From: an uncultured Desulfosarcina sp. | GTDB lineage: Bacteria; Desulfobacterota; Desulfobacteria; Desulfobacterales; Desulfosarcinaceae | DNA: 64,000 nt | Assembly: GCA_963674945.2 (NCBI GenBank) | Contig: CAXXWQ010000003.1 | Coordinates: 2,556,931 to 2,620,930, forward strand | Reading direction: 5' to 3' | Shown: piece after piece, positions 57,606 to 64,000 of the stretch | Layout: each line of letters begins with the position of its first letter | Position numbering within the stretch: the first letter of the stretch is position 1 | Translations under genes and position numbers: made by a program | The notes under the pieces: model-generated | Seen by the model: only the letters and a program-made list of their open reading frames with translations | Told to the model about the DNA's origin: nothing | Databases searched by the model: none

Positions 57606-58431
57606 CGATCTTGGTCCTTGGGTCAAAGGAAGTGTTGGGTGGCGTGCTGGTGTAAAGCCCCACTTTTTCGATGAAATCCACTGTCCGCTGCGGTACTACC
57701 ACGTCTGGCTGAAACCGCGCCGTGTAGGCCATGGCATTGACCACGGTGATCATGTGGGCCAGGTCTTCCATTAAATCCACATCCGAAAGCGCCTCGAAAA
57801 GGGCGGTAGGCAGTTCTTTTCCCCGGGCGATGGCGATGAGGGCGTCCAGTGCGGAAACCCCTTCCGGATTATAAAAAACACCGGAAAAATCCATGTTGGC
57901 GGTCCGGGTAACGCCTACCAGGGATACACCGCCTGCCTGGCAGGGGGCCAGCACCATGGCACCCCTGTCCGACTCTTTTTCAAGGGTCTCCAGCCAGTCA
58001 AAGGCCCGAACAAGAAGATCGGGGGTGATCGCCGGCATGTCGCCACCGATACAAACCACGCTGTCGTAGTCCTTTTCGAAAAGCTGCCGGTAGCAGTCGT
58101 TGAAATGCTCATCGAAGTTGGCACCGCGGTCGATCACGTATTGAAACGTCTGTTCGGGGACCTCTTCATCGAACATGGCCCTGACCTGATTCATAATACT
58201 TTCCGGCGACGAGGAGATGAAAAAGTCAAAAGCTGCATCCGATCCGTTATTCCGGCACGTTTCAAGAGCATGGCACCCCACCGTGGCAGTATCGAGCACC
58301 ATTGCCTTATAGAGTTCTGCCGCCTCCTCGGGAGTTAAGGTTCCACCGTTTTCTTCCATCAACCGGGTTTTGGTGACGCCTGGCTGCGGATACTTCGTGA
58401 AAAGGGTCAAAGCGTGCTTTCTTGTTTTCAT
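57598..58431 (-). CDS. DUF2064 / TIGR04282-like CofC-type nucleotidyl- or glycosyltransferase
   Basis: LFTKYPQPGVTKTRL, A.ELY.AMVLDT, IGGDMP, VLAPCQAGG, LSDVD..EDL. Confidence 0.82.
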   Translation of the reverse strand: MKTRKHALTLFTKYPQPGVTKTRLMEENGGTLTPEEAAELYKAMVLDTATVGCHALETCRNNGSDAAFDFFISSSPESIMNQVRAMFDEEVPEQTFQYVIDRGANFDEHFNDCYRQLFEKDYDSVVCIGGDMPAITPDLLVRAFDWLETLEKESDRGAMVLAPCQAGGVSLVGVTRTANMDFSGVFYNPEGVSALDALIAIARGKELPTALFEALSDVDLMEDLAHMITVVNAMAYTARFQPDVVVPQRTVDFIEKVGLYTSTPPNTSFDPRTKIDG

Positions 58432-61046
58432 TTCGTGCCTTCCTTACGCATTATCGTGTTCTTACTATTGCGCATCATGGGTTGCGGCTTACAGGCGGAT
58501 CGATCCGGGCATCGACAACATTCTTCCTGTTGGTTTTCCGGCAGTACAATCCACTTCGTTTCGATAAATCCCAAGGTCCGGTAAAAGGAAACAGCTTCTC
58601 CGCGGGCAGCAACGGCGATGGGTTTCGTCCCCGATGAAATACTTTCAATCAGGCGTCGGCCGACGCCTTTTTGCCTGTGTTGTTGGGCGACCACCACAGG
58701 CCGAATCATCTGCAAATTCTCATGATCTTCCAGCCGCAAGCAGCCAAGAAGATCACTCCCATCCAGGGCCAGTCGATAGTCGCTTATAGGTTCGGCATGC
58801 TCCATTTCGCTCTCCCACAACAGACGGATCAGGGCATCACGGTCCCTTTCCACGGCGTACCGGATGGAAATGGGATTCTCTTTTGCTTTTACCTTGTAAA
58901 CCTTGCAGCACAGGTCTCGTGTCCCCCATTGACCGAGAATTGGATCGCACCGGTCCGTATGGGCCGAGGTCAAGACATTTGCATTGGATTCCCATACGCC
59001 TCCGAGTTCAGGCGCTGCCGATGATCGTTCCGGAAACCACCACCCGTATTCGATGCTTACGGTGTCCGGTCGCATGTCGGCAATTTTGAGTCTTTGCCGG
59101 ATACGCCCCTTATGGGTCTCGATCCACACCCAATCCCCCTGGGCCAGACCCAGTGCACTCGCCGTTGATGCCGACATCTCTGCAACGGGTTCGAGGCGCC
59201 TGCGCCGGAGAGAGGCTACCTGCCGGTGCTGGGAAGAGTAGTACGGCTGCCGTCTGACACCGCTCATCAGGGTCAAGGGGTATGTGTCATCGTCTCTCTC
59301 CACTGCGGTGTATGCCGGCAAAGGGTCGTGTCCCAGGTCTTTCAGGATCCTTGAAGAAAGTTCGATCTTACCGCTGGGCGTCGCGAATCCCTGCGCAATG
59401 TACTTGTGGTACACAGGCTCCGGGGCGTACAGACCTGTTTTGCAGAACTGGTCCCAAGTGAGCCCGCAGGGAGAAAAGATAGTGTCCAGAGCCTCCTCCA
59501 GGCTCTTCCAGGGCCAATGTTCGGTTTGGCCGCATCGCCGGCCCAAGTCGCACCAGAAATCAAAACCCGTCCGCCGTTCATGGCGGGGAGAGATGGCCGC
59601 CGGTCCGCCATAGGCGATGTTGGCTGTGCCTCCGTTGGTCTGAACCATGGACTGCTCCAGACTGCCGGCCATGGGCAGCACGTAGTCGGCCAGCATTGCC
59701 GTTGGTGTCAGAAAGTGCTCCAGGCAGACCAACAGATCCAAATTGCACAATGCCCCGTATATCCTGCGGGTGTCGGACTGACACAAAAGCGGGTTGCTGG
59801 CAAAGGTGATGAGCCCGCGGATCGGGTACGGTTGGCCGGTAATCATGGCCTGCCACGCCAGATGGGGATGCGCAGCGGTCAGGTATCGCGTTGGCAGAAC
59901 CTTGCCATGCCGCCGGGTATATTCATCGAGTCTTTCCAGACCTTCGTATCGCTGGAGGCCGAATAATCCCCTACCCAGCTTTTTCTTCCGTTGTTCGGGC
60001 GATAGCAGGTGCCCCAATTCCATGGCCACTTCCGGCATGAAATCCGGGTAATCATGAAGACAATTGGCACCCGGCGTGTCAAAATTTCCCGTAACGGCGC
60101 GAAGAATGGAAATGGCTCGAAGCGTTTGGGTGCAGTTTGCCCCACCCATGTCGATGCCCAGCCCCGTCAGTATGGATGCGGGTGGAGAGGTGGCGTAGAC
60201 GCGGGCTGCTTCGGTGATGGATGAAGGTGCAAGACCTGTTATGGCAGCTACCGTTTCCAACGGATAATCGTCGATGCGACGCGTCAAATCGTCGAAACCG
60301 GAACACCAGGTATGGACGAATCGTTCGTCAACCAACTTCTCTTTGACGATGACATGGAGCATGCCCAGGGCCAGGGCGCCGTCTGTTCCCGGTCGGATGG
60401 AGAGCCATTGTCCGGCCATGCGGGATGTACTGGTTTGCCGTGGATCCACGGTGATGAGGGTGCCACCGGAATCGATATAATCTCGCACCGTTTTCCAAAA
60501 CAGTGAGTTGTCCGATTCGGCAGGATTGACACCCCAAAGGATGGCACATCGCGTCTTGTTGGGGAGTATCTCATCTTCGATGGGCCATCCGAAGGTCAGA
60601 CTGTTCACCCATATCCTCGGATTCCAGCAGGATATTCCGATGCCGATATTGTTGGGGCTTCCCCAGACGTTCATGAACCGGTGAAGGGGCCAATAAATTG
60701 CGTGCGGTGCGCTGATGCTGGTGGCCAGAGATTCGGGACCGTATTGATCTCTCATGTTCTTCACGCCATCGGCAATACTTTCCATGGCCTCATCCCAACA
60801 GATGCGCTGCCACTTTCCCTCTCCCCTCTTCCCGATCCGTTTCAAGGGGTGGTTGATGCGATCCGGATGGTCGAGATACTCTCCAAGCGCCGAAAAACGC
60901 CGGCATCGGTTCACGATTTTCTTGTCATAGGGGTAGCGGGTCGGGTCGGGCGTGATGTTGTGAATCCTCTCCCTTTCATCGACATGCACTTCGACACCGC
61001 ACAGATAGCCGCAGTGATGGCAGTTGGATTTTTTCACCTCAACCAT
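58428..61046 (-). CDS. Mo/W-bisPGD oxidoreductase with C-terminal GNAT domain
   Basis: CHHCGYLC, HPDRI.HPLKR.G.RGEGKW, RPGTDGALALG, TPTAMLADYVLP, TPSGKIE, YGWWFPE; then VVVAQQHRQKGVGRRL..FYRTLGF. Confidence 0.9.
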   Translation of the reverse strand: MVEVKKSNCHHCGYLCGVEVHVDERERIHNITPDPTRYPYDKKIVNRCRRFSALGEYLDHPDRINHPLKRIGKRGEGKWQRICWDEAMESIADGVKNMRDQYGPESLATSISAPHAIYWPLHRFMNVWGSPNNIGIGISCWNPRIWVNSLTFGWPIEDEILPNKTRCAILWGVNPAESDNSLFWKTVRDYIDSGGTLITVDPRQTSTSRMAGQWLSIRPGTDGALALGMLHVIVKEKLVDERFVHTWCSGFDDLTRRIDDYPLETVAAITGLAPSSITEAARVYATSPPASILTGLGIDMGGANCTQTLRAISILRAVTGNFDTPGANCLHDYPDFMPEVAMELGHLLSPEQRKKKLGRGLFGLQRYEGLERLDEYTRRHGKVLPTRYLTAAHPHLAWQAMITGQPYPIRGLITFASNPLLCQSDTRRIYGALCNLDLLVCLEHFLTPTAMLADYVLPMAGSLEQSMVQTNGGTANIAYGGPAAISPRHERRTGFDFWCDLGRRCGQTEHWPWKSLEEALDTIFSPCGLTWDQFCKTGLYAPEPVYHKYIAQGFATPSGKIELSSRILKDLGHDPLPAYTAVERDDDTYPLTLMSGVRRQPYYSSQHRQVASLRRRRLEPVAEMSASTASALGLAQGDWVWIETHKGRIRQRLKIADMRPDTVSIEYGWWFPERSSAAPELGGVWESNANVLTSAHTDRCDPILGQWGTRDLCCKVYKVKAKENPISIRYAVERDRDALIRLLWESEMEHAEPISDYRLALDGSDLLGCLRLEDHENLQMIRPVVVAQQHRQKGVGRRLIESISSGTKPIAVAARGEAVSFYRTLGFIETKWIVLPENQQEECCRCPDRSACKPQPMMRNSKNTIMRKEGTK

Positions 61047-62347
61047 CCGTCCTCCTGCCTCCGTGAGGATAAAGTCTCCGGCCGTCGGTATCCGTCAGAT
61101 GGTAGGTACAAAATGGAATGGAATTTCCATCGGCCGTGGTCACCGCAAGGTTGCACCCCCGGGCCCTTTCCAGGTCCAGGGTCCAGGCATCCATGTACTC
61201 CATGATGAGGATGGGAAGCCCCGTGGGCAATTCTTCCGATGGGAAGGACTTGGCAACGATATCCGCAAACACCGCGCCCTGGGGACTGTCCTTTTCAAGC
61301 ATCTCCCGATAGGTCTTTTCATCCAGATACCTTGTAAACGGCTCGTAGTCATCTTTTTCTCCAATCAAATAGGTTGAGCCGTAACAAAGAGGGTGGCTGC
61401 TACCCACGGGCCAGAAATCACGCGCATGGATTCTCCCGTCCGACTGTTCGGAAATCAGTCGCGCCACATCTCCTATGGAAAGATGTTTCTGTTTTTCTAC
61501 TTCGAACCTTCCGGAGACAAACGCCGGTTGCAGCGCCAGGCCGTAAATAACGTCCATATTGTGCATGGCATAACGCAGAATGTTGCCCTGTTCATGGTCG
61601 TTGACGCCTTTTACGATCGTAACCGAAAGGATTACCGGTATCTGTTCCTGCCGGCAATTTTGAATCGCCATTTGTTTGTCTGCCAGCACATGTCTTCCCC
61701 GCAGTGTTTTGGTCGTTTCCGGATCCATTCCGTCAAATTGAAGATAAATATTGGTGAGACCGGCTTTTTTGAGGGACCTCACATATTCAATGTCCCTTCC
61801 GATCATAAGACCGTTGGTATTGAGTTTCCACGGCCGTGAAGCCAAGTTCTCTAGCGGCTGCGATAATCCTGGGCAAATCATGCCTGACCGTTGGCTCGCC
61901 CCCTGTGATCTGTATGGGAAGTCCGGGGCCATCAAAGTCCCGAATCGACTCCAACATGTGGATGATCTCTTCGAATGAGGGATCGGGCGGGACCCCGCCA
62001 TCGGACATGAAACAAACCGGACAGGACAAATTACACCGCCAGGTGACTTCGATCTCGGGGAGTGTAATCCGTCGTTGATGCATTGCACACAAGCCGCAGT
62101 CATGGGGGCATCCCTTTTGCCCTTTTCTTTGGGGGGTACGGGAGGAACGGGGAAACGCAAATGCCGCATGCCACTTGTAATGATCCGCATCCGGCCAGAG
62201 GTAGACGTCAAAGGCGCCGTGGTCCGGGCAGGTTTTCTGCATGTAGACTTGGCCATCTTTATCGTACACCCGCGCAGGCAACGTTTTCAGGCAATGGGGG
62301 CAGACGCTTTTCGTGGTTCGTATCGTATTCACTGGTGGATGATTCAC
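61039..62347 (-). pseudogene. MJ0619/Tes/TrsS-like multi-cluster radical SAM, split by a +1 frameshift near 61826
   Basis: SVCPHC, KTCPDHG, GCPHDCGLC..H, CNLSCPVC, GGEPT in one frame; LNTNG, YLQFDG, HPLC, GC......IPFC in another; removing one base from GAAA restores AVELNTNG. Confidence 0.85.
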
Positions 62348-62457
62348 TCTTTTTTAAGACGCAAATTCCCATGCATAAAAAGAAAGCGGCAGATTCTGCC
62401 ATTCTCAAATAAAAAATAACAAACGATTAATTTTATTTGCCGTAATTCCGGATTCGA

Positions 62458-63608
62458 TTAATTGGAAAAGGCCTTTAATTCGGAAGTTTGCAGCCTGAAA
62501 AAATTCTCATCGCCATTTTCTTCTTCCCACATGAGGGCTGACTTTTCGTCATATTCCTCATGGTCTACCGGGCATTCAAACAGCAACTCCAGGATGTGTC
62601 GAATTTCTTGACCCTGCCGGCCGGTCAACCGATGTGCGCAGGACATACAGTAGGTCACACAAAGGTTGGCGCCGGTCTCCGCCATCTCTTCCAGTCGTTT
62701 TTCCGCACGTCGCTCACATACTGTTGGATCGATGATGGAGACGATCCCACCGGATCCACAACAGATCGTCTCGGCCCCGTGGTGGGTCATCTCCCTGATC
62801 TTGCAGTTACCCAAGAGTTTACGATATGCTGTCCGATCTCACCGGAACGATCGGTACAGGAATCATGAACCGTCACCGTTTTGTCTTCTATTGCCGGTGC
62901 GCTGAATCCGGATTCCGCCATGATTTGAAACAGGGAGACGACCTCGATGTCGCCGTCGGGATCCAAGGCGGCCAACTGCGCCTGACAGGTGGGGCAGGCG
63001 GTGATGATTCGTCTCGCCCCGGTCGTCGCAAGGCTGTGCCACAATTCTTTTCCATAGGCGTCTTCTCTTTCGACCATGCCGATTTGGCCCAACGGTGCGC
63101 CGCAACACTCCACCGAAACGCCAATGGTTTTTCCACGGCGCCCGAGCCAATCCAACACCGATGTAACAAGAGAAGGCCCTTCGTTGGCCAGCATGCATCC
63201 GGGGAAAAAGAGGTCTTCGCAGTTCTTTTTGGCCAACGTCTGGTAAAATTCTTCAAGCCCATGATTGTGCCGAAAAAGACGAAACGCATTCCAATCGTGG
63301 TCGACCCATAACGGCCGATATGCATCAGCATCTATGGCAACGGTGTTGATCAAAGACCGACGGGCCTCACGGATCATCCGGGGAAAATCCAGTTTCTCGG
63401 GACAAATTTCACGACACAATCCACATAGGGAGCATTTGATAACAAAGGACACAACCGAATCGTCGACGCGGTTCTCCAAAAATGCCCTCGCGACCTCTTC
63501 TGGAATCATTTCATGAGACTGCAGATACTCGCATGCTTCGACGCAAAGTTTACATTGGCTGCATTTTCCTGCAATTGTTTGAAATACATTCCCGGACGTT
63601 GATTTCAT
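62458..63608 (-). pseudogene. HdrD/GlpC-like Fe-S protein with CCG domains, split by a -1 frameshift near 62823
   Basis: CSQCKLCVEAC, CSLCGLCREICP, FFPGC, ECCGAP, TACPTC, VHDSC then ICCGSGG, TYCMSC in another frame; adding one C gives HIRKLLGNC. Confidence 0.85.
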
Positions 63609-63616
63609 CTTCCGAC

Positions 63617-63862
63617 TCACATCTTTTGGTTTGTTCGTGTGTTTTGATATACCGTTGGTTTGAAAGCCGTGAGATTTTCCTTCTCGTACCTCACCAGAAT
63701 GTAGTAACCGATGATGGCGGCAGAGGCGATCGCGGTCAAAACCACCAGTGAAAAAGAGAGTGATCCGACTTCGAGGTAAAGCGTGGAGGCGTATGCCAAA
63801 TATAACTGGAACCCGCACGACAGTGCCAAATAAACGTATTTGATGACTTTATTGGTGTTCAT
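63617..63862 (-). CDS. Small two-TM membrane protein, unknown function
   Basis: GAGGAGG RBS before ATG, two hydrophobic segments, ends 8 bp before the next gene. Confidence 0.65.
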   Translation of the reverse strand: MNTNKVIKYVYLALSCGFQLYLAYASTLYLEVGSLSFSLVVLTAIASAAIIGYYILVRYEKENLTAFKPTVYQNTRTNQKM

Positions 63863-63928
63863 GGCAATGCCTCCTCGCTGATTTATTGTCGTTTCCGGAT
63901 CGCATACCGGTTATGGTAAGCGCCTGAA

Positions 63929-63954
63929 ATATGGCAATGATTCGAATGCCATAT
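63929..63954. promoter_or_regulatory. Inverted repeat ATATGGCA-N10-TGCCATAT, candidate operator
   Basis: Perfect 8-bp arms about 67 bp upstream of the first gene of the minus-strand cluster. Confidence 0.45.
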
Positions 63955-64000
63955 GTTGCATATTCGATAGAATTGCCGTCGCATTCATTTTTAATGATCA

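Noticed and set aside
25818..62347. G1PDH homolog plus Tes homolog as an archaeal-type lipid pathway
   Set aside because: They lie about 34 kb apart in unrelated operons and no GGGP/DGGGP synthase genes are in the window
63929..63954. Sigma54 promoter (TGGCA…TTGC) on the minus strand
   Set aside because: GG-to-GC spacing is 13 rather than the required 10

Overview
Bacterial chromosomal window, most likely from an anaerobic Desulfobacterota-type organism. This is inferred from gene content (hybrid kinases, CCG and FmdE proteins, Mo-cofactor genes, a GGGSGCFI tail) and was not checked against any database. No rRNA, tRNA or CRISPR array was seen. Layout: (1) 1-4.8 kb: pxpB(end)-pxpA-pxpC, a class IV aminotransferase and pdxST. 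(2) 5-15.5 kb: a MalT/BTAD-type regulator followed by an AT-rich block of exported proteins (lipoprotein, metacaspase, PA2779-like precursor with TPR-C39 peptidase, trypsin-like protease). (3) 15.5-25.6 kb: two-component genes and deletion relics. (4) 25.8-31.7 kb: Fbp/Afu-type ABC importer plus a glycerol-1-phosphate dehydrogenase homolog. (5) 32-50 kb: a partly decayed catabolic island (two GMC oxidoreductases, MMPL, MarR, an intact IS1380-type element with TIRs and TTATA target duplication, tandem VOC protein, deleted flavin oxidoreductase, moeA with in-frame TAG, glycyl-radical enzyme with in-frame TGA). (6) 51-64 kb: a long minus-strand cluster combining a Mo/W-bisPGD enzyme fused to a GNAT domain, a Tes/TrsS-like radical SAM, a CofC-like DUF2064 protein, ferredoxin-DUF169, a TRAM-less MiaB-like enzyme and dedicated Moco genes. 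The best candidates for novelty are this last cluster, the PA2779/C39 double-glycine-type module, and a family of intergenic hairpin elements with fixed internal-loop motifs and compensated stems. All family assignments are from motif recognition by eye.
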